NCBI GenBank assembly: GCA_973895155.1
Contig: OZ316896.1
Coordinates: 15,748,576 to 15,812,575, forward strand
Source of the DNA: Marsupella aquatica
Taxonomy: Eukaryota > Plantae > Marchantiophyta
Reading direction: 5' to 3'
Length of the DNA: 64,000 nucleotides
Shown: positions 49,901 through 62,200 of the stretch, one piece after another
How positions within the stretch are numbered: position 1 is the stretch's first letter
Layout: each line of letters opens with the position of its first letter
Notes under the pieces: generated by a model
The model's input: the letters and a program-made list of their open reading frames with translations, nothing else
What the model was told of the DNA's origin: nothing
Database searches by the model: none
Translations under genes and position numbers: made by a program

Positions 49901-51411
49901 AACTACACATAGTTTATAGAAGAGTAGCGCCTTTGGACAGTTGGGACGGACAATTAGGGCATCCGTGTCGTTTTGCAAATGTACCGTGGTTGGTGTTTTG
50001 ACCCCGCGCGCACTCGTCTCATTGACACTACGATCTCCAAAGCTAACATTTTTCATCTTCAACACAGGAGTCGGAGGATGCAGATGCACAGTCAAGTGAA
50101 CAAAGAGAGTCGGGTAGCGACTCTGGCCCTACAAAGGTACCTAAGTGTACTTGTTATCGTCAACATCCAGTGCATAGGATTGATTGTGTAAATAGGGCCT
50201 GGTTGATGGTACTGTTTATTTATATTGCAGATTGTTGGGAGCACGCGGGGCAGAGGAAGGGGACGAGGAAGAGGCAGAAATGGCACTGACGCAGCAACTT
50301 CCGGAGGTCCCTACCATTCACCTGTTTAGCGAATTTTAAGACCGACAGATCTTTCCGTCTGCATTTTGGAATCTTGTGCAAAAATTATAATAGATTTGGT
50401 ATGTTTGCTGCTGGTCCATCACACGAACATTTTTATGCATTTTGATGGCCTGACCCAGCACAAAGGTTATTTGGGGCTGTTTGATGTTGGGTTCTTTCGT
50501 TTCCATCTAATACTACTTTCCTTGATTCAGTCCAATCTTCGACACCGATTCAATTGCTTGCACAATCAAGTGACGATGAACTGTCTGGAAGCGACTCTGG
50601 CCCTACAAAGGTACTTGAAATCATGTGCTTGTTATCGTCACCTGCTGTCGAGAGGATTGATCGCATAATGGTTGATGACAAATTTTGTTTATTTTGCAGA
50701 TTGTCGGCAGCAAGCGGGGCAGAGGAAGGGGACGAGGAAGAGGGAGAAGTGGCACTAACGCAGCAACTTCCGGAGGTCCTACTCGTCACCTGCTAGAGAA
50801 TTTCCAGAGCGAGAGATGTTTCCGTTTGCCTCTTCAGATACATTTTGGCAAAGCTTAGAATAGATTTGGATTATAAGTTGATCGCATGCCAAACACGTTT
50901 TTATGCACTTGATGGAAAATCTGCCTCTCCAATCAGAACTTCATTTGGGGCTCTTTGGTTTTGGGTTCTGTCGTTACCCACTAAAACCACGTCCTTGATT
51001 CAGGTCGAACATCGACACCAAGAAATAGTGGTGCTAACAGACGACTTTCTATTACTGAGGTAAGCTGATTTGATTTTTCAGAGCTGATTTCAAATGTTTG
51101 CAATTCAACTACGGGCGGTTGGATATGAGTAACGTTCTCACAAACCGTCACTAGACGGTTTTTGCCTGTCACGTGAGCTGTCTGGCAGAGATGACACGTG
51201 AGCTGTCTGGCAGAGATGACAGTCGCTCGCATTAATGAAGTAATGCATGGCCATTTGATCTTATGTAACCCAACCAAATAGTATTTAACGCATGTGAGAT
51301 GCGTTAGGTTGAGCCGGGGCGATGTCTCTTATCATAGAACTCAGGGAGAGACAATAATTAAGATATGCATGTTTGACACAGATTAGCGGCAGTGATGATG
51401 ATGATGGGTGA
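46939..51411 (+). CDS. RHL1: DNA-binding protein RHL1 (topoisomerase VI accessory subunit), ~15 exons
   Basis: Exons 46939-47101, 47327-47490, 47684-47794, 48124-48210 and 48488-48711 encode KRLRELA..LLS, GKDIVKKGNRKTKYLFAFPGLVAP, NPVFYIDFPQ|GRLKLFGTIVYPKNKYLT, WWIGTKEENPEE and TEFDFKGGAG. Low-complexity 3' exons (to 51382-51411) are joined manually via GT-AG sites and are less certain. Confidence 0.92.
50085..51020 (+). repeat. Intragenic tandem duplication (~470-bp unit) covering two exons and their introns
   Basis: AGCGACTCTGGCCCTACAAAG|GTAC and TTGCAG|ATTGT.GG.AGCA.GCGGGGCAGAGGAAGGGGACGAGGAAGAGG...CTTCCGGAG|GTCC each occur twice, and the intron sequences are alignable. Confidence 0.9.
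51170..51221. repeat. Perfect 25-bp tandem duplication in the last RHL1 intron
   Basis: CACGTGAGCTGTCTGGCAGAGATGA x2 (each copy includes a CACGTG G-box hexamer). Confidence 0.85.
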
Positions 51412-53058
51412 ACGAGTGACCGCATTCAGAGCAGTTTTGACAGCTGAGCCGTGATGGAATAAAACCGATTCAAAATGCCTGGGTCAGGAAGGAAACTTCT
51501 CCAAGAGTTTTAGACCCACTTGTTTGCAAACGATCTGACAGTGAATCAGTTGTGCTAAAAGCAATGAAACAACTGCGACTGTAGATGTTCTGCAGTACGT
51601 ATATTTCCTGAAGAGGTGGAAGGTCACTCTGCAGGGCCATTCATTCAAGTGATATCGAGACTAAAGGTCAATAAAGTACATCATCCTACTTAAAGATTCT
51701 GTACTGCCCTACCCAATTGTGGCATAGGAAACACTTCACCCAAGGTGATGTGGACCTCATGACAACCGGGTTCAATTGCGATGCAAGGAATTGTCTGATG
51801 GCTTCGACCACCCCAACAGCTTTCGAGAAGAGCAGATTGTTTTTATCTCCCCAAGTAGTGTCTCCCCACTGGGTGGTGCTGGTGGCCCATTGTTATAGCA
51901 TCGAGCGTGACAAATCAATACTCGCATGTCATCAGCACTGAAAACAAATTTGTTCAGAGGTAGAACAAGGGGAATATTCATTTGTTGTCTACCATTCACG
52001 AGTGGAGGATTCATGACCACCATCCATGATTTGGATATAATTCAGATAGTACGTACTCAAGGTATTATAGCAAGAGAATGACTCGTCAGTACACTGGCGA
52101 AGATCTGAACACATTTTGAAATGTACCATTAGGACGAAAGGCTACTTTATTAGTGGTTCCCAATATCTTCCAGTTCCCTGCAAGCACTGTACTCCAGCAA
52201 CATATTTTACACTGTATCTTACATTGCTGTGCGCATGGTAGTCAAAACTCTCCAAATTTAGTTGGATAGTTCCCGTATGTGTAGTATTAAATGCTTACAA
52301 AAATGTACCAAAACTCCCGCATAGGAAAGACTGGTTTGGGCAGATGTCACATTTCGCTGTACATGCGTGGTATACTCACTACAAAACCATCATCTGCAGA
52401 AGCTCATTTATTATAAATTACAGTACATTCTTTAGATACCCTAAGGTGCTTATTTGATCGAAAGAAAGTTTCAAAGAATTTGGAAACAATGTGGTAAGAG
52501 GTTCGAATCACCAGTCTTTAACACTCCCGTCTAGAGTTGAGTTGCTCCAAGAGAATGCTTACTACAGGAGCCACTAGAGCATATTGGTCACCCGCTCATG
52601 GCATACGCCATATGGGGATGAAGTCTTGCTGTCAAACATGAGAACCGGTTTTTAGTCAATCCTCTGTTGATAAATGCTTTTCCTTGAGATCATTCCACTT
52701 CTGAAGATGCACCCTCGAAGGAGGCTCGAGCAAAGCTCATACGGTAGCCTAGGGCCATGGTGCAAGTTACACGAATAGACTCGAGGAAGACCAAAAGAGA
52801 AAGGTTTGTTGGGGGATAACAATTGAACTTAAGGAATTCCGAAGTTAAACCAGGAATCATGCACAGAGCAACTCATTCAACAGATCCTACAGAACGAAGA
52901 TGTGCTTTTTATCGACGTTGAGAAAGAAACTGTCTAATAACTCAGTACACTCATAAACCCTGCAAAACAGAAGCGCCAACAGAACTACTTACAAGTCACG
53001 AGTGATCTCACATTTGATGCTGTCGAGTTTCCTCATATCCACCACGCCCAACGGTCTA

Positions 53059-54402
53059 TTACGCATCACTTCTTACGGATTCCAGAGTCTTCTCGTAGTC
53101 CTCAATTGACTTGAACAACGCGGAGAAATTGCCCTTGCCAAATCCCCCACACCCTCCTTTCTGAACCAGCTTACCTTCTGGAGATTGTTGCATGCACCCA
53201 ACTCTCTGGATGATTTCAACGAAGATTGTGGGTCGGTCCCCAACAGGCTTAGTAAAAATCTGTAGAAGAACTCCCTGATCGTCCTTGTCCACAAGAATAC
53301 CGAGCTCGTCACATTCCTTGCACTGACTCTCGGTCAGAACTCCACCCACCCTTTTGGGTAATTCCTTGTAATAAGCGGGAGGAGGCTTCGGCATGAAGTC
53401 AAAGCCACCGAGCTGAGTTCTCATCCGCATCTCCCTCAAAGTCGAGAATATGTCGTCGCAGATGAGGGCCAAATGCTGCAGTCCTGGTCCCTCGTTGTGC
53501 TCTAGGTAGGTCTGAATCTGAGACTTCCTCTTCGTGCCAAACACGGGCTCGTTCATCGGTAGCAAAACCATCTCATTGTTGCTCGCCAGCACCAAACTGT
53601 TCAGCCCACTCTCAGCTGTTCCAACATCATCAGCTGTAAACTCGGCAAAGTCGTGGAACCCAGTGAATTGGCCCACATACTTCGATGCCTCCACCAAGCT
53701 CGTCACATTACCGACGGCGTGATCCAGTCTCTGAATCCCATACGACAGAGGTGGAGAATCGACAACCTCGAAGTTCGGGAGGTAAGGACCGCAGAACCCA
53801 TCATGCTTGCTGACCAATCTCAGCACAACATCGCCGTAGAGCTTCACTTCAGCCAGCTTCATGCTCCCGCCACCTGTGCTGTTCAATTCATCCTTCAACA
53901 CCGCTGGCTCGAACACTCCAACAGCTCCATTGTCCACAGCCGTTCTGTATGCGGTCTCTGCATCTTCGACCAGAATTCCGACGGCCCGTACCCCCAATCC
54001 ATGGTTCTGAAAAAATGCCTTGGCATGACCAGCGTCGAAGCCCGGATGCGGCAGCTTCGACTCCGACTGGTCGATCTGTTGCGAGTAGGGAGCCGTGAAT
54101 GCGAACACGAGGTCGTTGGACCGGATGGCGTAGCTGCAGTACGTCTGATTGCCGGTCGTCTGATCCGATTTCGCCACGAGGTTCATGCCCAACCCCCACG
54201 AGAACCGTCGCCAGGTGTTGGACGCGTCGCCGCACCAGAACTCCACATGATGGAATTTCTCGACCGCGAACCGGTCGCTCAGCGGATTCTTCCTTACGAA
54301 ATTCTCGAATCCTACCAAATTCAAACCACCGCCGCCGTTGCCCACCTTCGGTACCGTAGAATCATCAGCTGCGAGCGCCGGGATTTGCTGCTCATGCCCC
54401 AT
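53059..54402 (-). CDS. HPPD: 4-hydroxyphenylpyruvate dioxygenase, intronless CDS
   Basis: GFENFVRKNPLSDRFAVEKFHHVEFWCGDA, RLDHAVGNV, DVGTAESGLNS, RKSQIQTYLEHNEGPGLQHLAL, LLQIFTKPVGDRPTIFVEIIQR and GGCGGFGKGNFSALFKSIE. First ATG at 54402 (MGH..). Confidence 0.97.
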   Translation of the reverse strand: MGHEQQIPALAADDSTVPKVGNGGGGLNLVGFENFVRKNPLSDRFAVEKFHHVEFWCGDASNTWRRFSWGLGMNLVAKSDQTTGNQTYCSYAIRSNDLVFAFTAPYSQQIDQSESKLPHPGFDAGHAKAFFQNHGLGVRAVGILVEDAETAYRTAVDNGAVGVFEPAVLKDELNSTGGGSMKLAEVKLYGDVVLRLVSKHDGFCGPYLPNFEVVDSPPLSYGIQRLDHAVGNVTSLVEASKYVGQFTGFHDFAEFTADDVGTAESGLNSLVLASNNEMVLLPMNEPVFGTKRKSQIQTYLEHNEGPGLQHLALICDDIFSTLREMRMRTQLGGFDFMPKPPPAYYKELPKRVGGVLTESQCKECDELGILVDKDDQGVLLQIFTKPVGDRPTIFVEIIQRVGCMQQSPEGKLVQKGGCGGFGKGNFSALFKSIEDYEKTLESVRSDA

Positions 54403-54617
54403 ATTGAGAGCTTCTTCTGCGTCCCTCTCTGCTGCCCTGCGTTCCACAATTCGCAGAGATTCTTCACTCGACAGCTATTCTCTTCTACACGAGAGCGAAA
54501 GCCCTCACTTCGCCTCACTGCTGCTGCAACCCGAGACCACGACGATGCTGAAATCGAAGAAGAGAGTGGCTGAACTGTGAGCACAGCAATCCGCGAGACA
54601 AACAACGCTTAATTATC

Positions 54618-54874
54618 AGTTCCTCTCACAAAACATGAACTCACTGGAGATCGTTCTGAAGGCGATTGGTACTAGAAACGACATTCCAGACTCCAGAGAA
54701 CACGCGAAGCAGGAAAGAACGTGACCTTGAAGTGCAGAGATTCAATTAGTTCCTCTCACAAAACATGAACGCACTGGACATCGTTCTGAAGGCGATTGTT
54801 ATTAGAAAACGACATTCCAGACTCCAGAGAACACGCGAAATGGAAAGAACGAGACCATCAAGTGCAGAGATTCA
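54618..54874. repeat. 2 x ~130-bp tandem duplication upstream of HPPD
   Basis: AGTTCCTCTCACAAAACATGAAC.CACTGGA.ATCGTTCTGAAGGCGATTG...AAGTGCAGAGATTCA starts at 54618 and 54748. Confidence 0.92.
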
Positions 54875-55072
54875 GTCCTCTTTCACCACTCCGTATCTTT
54901 AAGCACGTAGTAAATAACAGGCCACACATACCCACACAGCACACAATGATGATGACGTTGTGTTCACCCACCTGCAGCGTGCTGACCCACAAGAGTCCCA
55001 CGAGAAATGAACCACTCCACAAGCTCCCAAACGCGGAAAAGCCACTTTGGACTGTGCTGTTTTTCGGGCAGG

Positions 55073-55529
55073 AGATGGCAACTTGGCAGGGCATGGGAAC
55101 TAGGGAGTGTCAAAACAGGGCAGGAAGTGAACTAAGGCCAAGTACATAAAACGGTTTTATGGCCGGGACAAAAACTTTAAGGGCTACCTATAGAGAAAGT
55201 AAAGATGGCAACTTGGCAAGGCATGGCACCAGGGAGTGTCAAAACAGGGCAGGAAGTGAACTAAGGCCAAGTACATAAAATGGTTTTATGGCGCCGGGGA
55301 CAATAACTTTAAGGGCTACCTATAGAGAAAGTAAAGATGGCACTTGGCAAGGCATGGCACTAGGGAGTGTCAAAACAGGGCAGGAAGTGACACTAAGGCC
55401 AAGTACATAAAATGGTTTTACGGCGGGGACAAAAACTTTAAGGGCTACTTATAGAGACAGTACAGATGAGTCATCCAAAATGTAAAGCCATATATAATAT
55501 GGGAGTGTTTTGACACACCCTATTGTGCC
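55073..55529. repeat. 3 x ~131-bp tandem repeat plus one inverted terminal copy (MITE-like)
   Basis: Units AGATGGCA.CTTGGCA.GGCATGG...AGGGAGTGTCAAAACAGGGCAGGAAGTGA... start at ~55073, ~55203 and ~55335. TGTTTTGACACACCCTATTGTGCC (~55506-55529) is an inverted copy of GGCACTAGGGAGTGTCAAAACA. Confidence 0.88.
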
Positions 55530-55532
55530 TCC

Positions 55533-55877
55533 TGTTGAGCATAGATGACAATCGCAACGGCAAGCCCATCAAGCATCCAATGCACAAGAGTCGACACAGA
55601 GAGATACGTGATTCACCTCCACATGAGGCTACGTCCACGGGAACACACATGAGCTTTACTGCACTCTAGGCCGACCGGCCATACCAAGTATCCACAGCAC
55701 AAGCTCTCTCTATCTCTCAATTAGCTCCGTAACAATGAGCCTGAGTTCCCACTCTCCAAGCAAACACCGCTTGGTTATAGAGTGTGCACAACATGACTAA
55801 CCTAACCAAGTCTGCGACTAAGGTTGGCCTTAACTACGGTACAGTCGTAACACTAGACCTAAGAGTAAATCTTAACA
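55533..55877. mobile_element. Solo LTR, 345 bp
   Basis: CCTCC|TGTTGAG ... CTTAACA|CCTCC: TG..CA ends, terminal inverted repeat and perfect 5-bp TSD. Confidence 0.93.
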
Positions 55878-56222
55878 CCTCCATGATGGGCAGTGGTACG
55901 TCCACACACAGTACAATTGATTATTGGGTTAACTTTAGTTCAGTTAAGTGATGGGCCCCTCCCACATAATGTATTGTCCCAAATTGTGGTGTAGAAAATG
56001 GCCCCAAAGTGTATTGGAAAGCATATCCTACATTGTATTGGCAAAGCTTGTTTAGCCTATTGTGATCACGTATATTTGGTCACAGGCCTGCTTATGTAGT
56101 AATGCCTAAGTCATAGAGCAATGTTGGCCATAATTGTAGAGGACCCGTTGCCATAGCCCAAGTCCAAGAAGACACAACAAAACCAGGTGCTGCTAGTGGT
56201 AGCACCATGAGCTTCTTGTCGA

Positions 56223-56941
56223 TCTGATACCGGGGTTATAAGTGCTAGGCATTTACTCTTAGGTCTAGAGTTACAATTGTAACCATAGATACTCTAACCA
56301 TAGTCGCACAGTTGCTTGGTTAAGTTAGTTGTGTTGCATCTAATATTCACAAGCCCAGGTTTGCTTGTGGAAGGGAGTGGTGCACCTAGCCACTCAGTGC
56401 CCTCACCAAACTGAGTAGCCTGGCCTGAGTACTTTGAGCACCCAGGTGCCAACACAGAACTCCACAAGCAAGCAATTGAGTGCCTCTATCGTTGCCAATG
56501 ACAATTCCCATACAAAGCTGCATTTGCTCCTCATCACGATTGTCGCTCTATAGCCTCAACTCTCTGCACAAGCAACCAATCCAACCGATAAGTAACATCT
56601 CTACACCTTGGATCGCAAGACCATACAATTCTTGCCTTAAGCTTAACATTCATTAGTAAGTAGGTCAGCCGATAGAGCCTCCCAGACCTGCACGATGCTC
56701 CCGATGACACTGCCATAAGCTGAAGCTAAGGTCAACACCCAATGTCCGTCCAGAACACTCAGCCCCTCTACCGTGTGCCACCCAGGCTCCCCCATTGTCT
56801 ATCCTTCAGTGGCTGACCACCATGCCTCCAGGACATGCCCATGACCCACTTAGCTAGCCTGTCCCAAGAGTCAGGACCAGCTCAGACCCAAAGCAAGTGT
56901 CTTTACAGGCCCAAATTAACTAGGATCTTGAGGGTGTAACA
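56223..56941. mobile_element. Degenerate LTR remnants, including an inverted relative of the 55533 solo LTR
   Basis: 56243-~56340 (CATTTACTCTTAGGTCTAGAGTTAC...TTGGTTAAGTTAGT) aligns to the reverse complement of ~55790-55877. TCTGATACC at 56223 resembles a reverse Met-tRNA PBS, and the segment ends in TGTAACA. Confidence 0.55.
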
Positions 56942-57249
56942 CACTGTCTAAAGCAATTGGTACAAAAAATGCTTGACTATAAATTATCCCCAACACCCAC
57001 GCTACCAAGGTTTTTATCCTTGCAGCGTTGATGCCCACATGATCTGTTCAAATCCTAACAACCCAATCACAAGCTTACAACGTGATATTCCTGTTTGTTT
57101 TCCTAAGCCTAATTGCATTTACATCTAAGCCGGAGTACTGGTGGGACCTAAGTCCGAACAAGAACTTTCCTAATCTAGGCTCAGCAGGGCGCAACTTGCC
57201 TTGGTTTTATTCCATAATGGCCTGCCCTTCTGGCCGCCGCCACATCCTC

Positions 57250-58215
57250 CTTAACTGTCAGGTGACTGGTAGCAACCCCTCACCTTTGGGCCCTGCACCT
57301 CCTTCTGACTCCGGCTGGCTTCCTTGGCTTTGGCTTCCAGCTTCTCTTTGGCAACGTCTTCCGGCTTCATGGCATTGACAGTGTTATCCCTGACTATGAC
57401 TTTGGTGACGGCCATGGCATCAAAGTTGAACTTAATGTCCTCCCTCCATGCCTGCTCCCTGATCCGCTCAGTTTCAACACCCAAGGTTTAACATTACAAT
57501 AATCCACGATAGCAGTTCTAGTGTCAAAACCCATTACCGCAGCTCCAACTTGATCAACAACATTTACTTCTACCACAACTTCTTGCACGGCCACTGTTTC
57601 ACAAATGTCGGTTGCCATGCCCTCTACTTCCATTGGGGTTGCCTTAAGCAGCCTAAACTCAGATGCTACCGGGTTCTGGTTTGTCTTAATCATATATGCC
57701 ACTATCTGAATTGCCTTCCCCTCCCCTTCAATGGTCGGCATTGGCCTCGGCTTTGGCTCCAACGATTGCTCTGCTATTTTAACCCTGGGTAGTGACCTTC
57801 CTGCTGGTGACCCTTGAACTTCTTCGGCATATTTCGCCTCGGCTTTGGCTCCAACGATTGCTCTGCTATTTTAACCCTGGGTAGTGACCTTCCTGCTGGT
57901 GACCCTTGAACTTCTTCGGCATATTTCCTAAGTTTCTCCGTTTGGTCTCCGTTTGGTCTTTAGCACGAGTATGCAAACCTACCATTCTCTCCTTAGCCTC
58001 ATTTAACTCCCCAGATAATTCTTCCACTTCATCAGTAAGCCAAACAACCTCCTCCTTGGCTTCTTTTAATTCATCATTGAGGATCTTCACAATGTTAAAC
58101 TCTATTTTATGCATCGTTGCTTTTTAAAGGTCATTGATGTGGCTTAGCTTGGCTAACTCAGTAGCATTTTGGCCTTTAACTATTCCAGATCCGCTTGGTG
58201 TTGAGTCGCTCATCA
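57250..58215 (-). pseudogene. Fragmented coiled-coil ORF, probably retroelement-derived, with a 2 x 92-bp duplication (57744-57927)
   Basis: Consecutive minus-strand ORF pieces (ILNDELKEAKEEVVWLTDEVEELSGELNEAKE; ERIREQAWREDIKFNF). The family was not recognised; the tandem duplication is perfect. Confidence 0.35.
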
Positions 58216-59253
58216 TGTTGGCACCTCAATTGTCATGTTTTTCTCTGAAGGCCTCCATTCAATCCATTCTCTGAAACCCGAGAGATCAGATCATTTAAAA
58301 CGGAAGAAATACTTTTGGAACAGAGCCGAAGAGTACCGAATAGCGACCAGGAAGAGCCGGGCCACCATGGCTGAGACCCGCTAGAATCTCTGACGTGGTG
58401 ACGTCTTCTGACCACGTCAATGTTGGACGCACTCGCCCGAGTGGCTATCTGAAGGTGCCCTTCTTAGAGCAACGTGGAAAGCGGTTTCATCGATCCATGC
58501 TGATGCTTTTGGGTAGGATTGATACAATTGGACAAAAGGGAACCTCGAGCTTAGATCGAACAAATTTTTCAAAACTGGAACTGACTGTGAAAGTTGCAGA
58601 GTCGGAGGGCTGCCTTCTTATTGTAGTAATGTGGCTAGTATTTTTGTTTCCGATAAGACAAAATTCCAGGACGGTAAAATTCGAAGCTCTGATAACCAGA
58701 ATTGCACAGCAGGCCATAGGATAATGCGGTCCATCGTAAAAGAAGGAAAACCAGAGTATCGAATGTCAGTTCCAAATCCTCATCACTATATTCGCCATGA
58801 TAGTAAATCCCCTAGAACAAGTTCCCATCTCCTTGCAGAGGTAAAAGGAAAGTACTCCCGCAAAACCCAAAGAAAAGATTGTTTTAAAATGATAGTAGAA
58901 TGCTTGGAAGAGACACCAGAAGACAAATAGTTGGCCCTGTAACTGGGTTTTCTTCCATTCTTCTCTGGGAAGTGTAGACAAATCGTCAAACTAGCGGGAC
59001 ACAGGAAAATAGAGACCTGTGCCGCGGATCTCTAATGTTGAGGATTACTAGAGAGATTCTGCCACGCAGTTTAAGCTAAAATTGCACAAGAGTGCCCCGT
59101 GATAGCAACTATAGTTAAATAGTGCATTCTACCACACGTGAACCCTCACAGGGTCCACTAAGCTTATATTCAATCGAATTTAACTAAATCTTGACAGACT
59201 AGTGACTTGTACATTAAACTTACATCGATAGCAAATTGAAGATCTACAGAGGA

Positions 59254-62200
59254 CTACATTTTCTTTGACGCACATAGAGTGGAACAGGGCGCCGGGGGTA
59301 ATACACAGAGAAGATGAGGACCTGCAGGGCTGTTGCTGATGTGGGCTTGACTGACGTTTGCAAAGCACAGTGATGGGGGATGTACGTGTCCTGCCACCAA
59401 CGGCACACATGCCATGGAGATCACAACCCTAGAGCTCACCCTGTCTGACAGGAAGATAACACCTTTCTTTCTTCCTGCAATCATCCAGGCCTCTGAGCTT
59501 GCCTTTAGCTCATATCCAAGCTCCTCAAGATCACCCTGGAAGAGTATATTTAGGTTAGCGGTTGCAAGCGACATCCAAGAACACGTATGACCATTTCCTG
59601 GAAACATGTTCTGTTAACAATCACTACATTGGATTGGACTACTACATGAAAACAAAAACACTCACCTGAGTCTCAGTGGATGTAGATGCTTCTGTTGTAG
59701 ATATACTCTTGGCATCACCGTCCGACTTCGTCCGCTTGATCCAGCCTTCCTTCAACCTCTCTATTCTCCACTGGAAAACTACCTGCTGTCCTACTCGTGG
59801 ACCACGAGAAGGAATAGGAAGCATGCCAACTGCCACTAACTGCTCTAGCACAGGCATTTGGAGAACGAATGTGCTTGTGAAAGTCAAAGCTCTAGGATCT
59901 TCCTCAGAGGGGGCACTGCCCCCCACCCTCACAGGAGCATGAGCACCTATCCTGCGGTTGCCAGATATTTTGTAGTGGACAGTTATCTTACTCTTAACTC
60001 CTGAAGAATTCTCAGAAATCACTCCATTAGTCGGGGAAAATGTACCTGCCATGATCAAATACATGGAATCATCCGATATAGAAGGGTCAACGAGATGGAT
60101 ATGGCAACCCTAAAAGATCAAAACAGAACAGATCGTTCCATGGAAGTATAGACATAGTAAGCAAGACTACCCAAGACCTTCAAAAGAGTTATGCATGCAA
60201 TACACTGGCAGTTTACTCAAGAGAGTCTTACCTTCAATTGAAGTGGCACTTGACGATCGCACAACAAAAATTAAAGACCCTTCCGATGTTGCTGAGAGGA
60301 CAAGAGGCAGTAACCATGATGGGTACGGTTGACCCCCAAATGCATTCACTAGGACGAATCCTGCTTGCAACTCCAGCCTTACATCAAGAATTGTGATGGT
60401 GGCCACCAGTTGTGATGCCAACGTAACCTGGGAAAGGGTTTCACCATGGAAGTAAATCCTCAGGAATTGTTTCTCGACTGACAATAAAACAACTGAAACC
60501 CATCGGAACGAGTGAGCAAACTAACACCTCACAAAGCTCTGAAGTGCACTCCGTCTCACAATTTGTCACAAACCTGTAAGAGAAGTGTTCCATCGTTCCC
60601 CTTGCTCACAACACGTGTAGATGTGCGAAACGGTTTTGTGTACTGCACAGCAATAGCCCTGGCGAACCAGAAAATGGTACGAATCAAAACAATATTTATC
60701 TCAAAGTTTGCGGAATACCAACAAACTAACAAACACAAATGTCATCATTCAACATGTCGCAATCCCAGGCAACTAAAAGTCATTGCTAAATTTGGTTGAC
60801 CATACCTTTCAAAAACTCGACTTTGCCCTGCTCCAAACTCCAATTTGACATTTAAAATCCTAAACTCTTCTGATGCGCTTAGTCCTGCAGAGTCATATCT
60901 AAGTGACCTGTTATCATGAGTGTCAGAAGTGGAATCGGCTGTGGCACCATCCCTGACACTCTTGCCAGCTGTTCCGTGGATGGGCCCATCCTTTGGGGAT
61001 ATCGGAGATCTTGGTGATTTAGGTGATACTGGACGTAAGGAAAAGTTCTGAGCGGCAATGTGCTCGTCATGTCCATGTGCTATAACTCGCAACCAGAATA
61101 CAGATGGTATACGGCTGGCCCACTCTGGTAGATCAACCCGTCCATCCTTGATCGTCACCACCTCTGTTTTTGGACCTGAGGACATGATCAAATCTTCCGT
61201 CACTTTTGTGACCTTGTCCATCACAATTGTCTCCGGAGACAACACTTGGCCTGCGGCTGAATCATTCCCTGCCTGAAGGTTCACAGAGGCCTTGGAATCG
61301 GGTGCTAAATTGAAAGCCTCTAATTCAGTTGTTTGATCTAAATCTATGTCCAAATCACGTCCGGTAGAAATAGTTACTTTAGCTCCTTTCAGGGAATACT
61401 CCATAGGACTTATGATTATTCCCACCCACTGCGGCTCATCGAACAATAATCTCCATGATACAGCGGCTTTTATGGTGACGAGAGTTCGAGGTTTCGAGAC
61501 CTGTTATGATTGAACACCAGTCCAGACAAGTTAGGCACAAACTACTGACATCCAAAGATTTGACACAGAAACAAAGGGACAATATCAATCCCCCAAAACG
61601 GAAGGATTGAATGGCTGAACCGTGGACTAGTATCGTCCACTGCAGGCATTGGAAGGATTGAAACCAACGGAAGAAACAGCGCCACTTCCTCTGAATTCCT
61701 TCCTACCGAAATTTCAACCTTTCCCATCTTCGTGCATACACAAATTTGGTCGGACGAAATAAAAAACGTGATGACCATAAATACCTCCAAAACTGGCCGC
61801 AAAGGTTTCTCAAAACTCAAATAATCATCACTGTCTGGAGGACCGCCTTTGCAGCTTGCTGCACTCGTGTAGCAGTAAGTGTGCGAACGCAACTTCACTT
61901 CTCCAATGTGCCCAGTCAGTACCCCTAATACATACGAGCCAGGTCGCTGTGGTGGTAAGAGAATCAAAACACTATTTTTCCCCGGATGCAGTACAGGGGC
62001 ATTCGCACTTTTTACAACCTGCAAAGACCACCATAGCAGAATCGAACACAGAATCAGATATAAATAGATACAAACTAACAACATGCCCTTCGACCAAACT
62101 TTCAAAAACTAATTGCTCCCTGGACTTCAAAGGAAATTACAAGCTGGACCTCGATCACAGGTATTCGGAAACTCATCATCATTCCATGCAACTTCACTGC

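Noticed and set aside
51700-52030. Short ORFs between RHL1 and HPPD
   Set aside because: No recognisable motif or consistent exon structure.
53653-54573. 306-aa plus-strand ORF
   Set aside because: Antisense shadow of HPPD.
55073-55470. CRISPR-like array (also considered 2051-2200 and 16537-16730)
   Set aside because: Units are contiguous tandem copies without unique spacers, there are no cas genes, and the context is eukaryotic.
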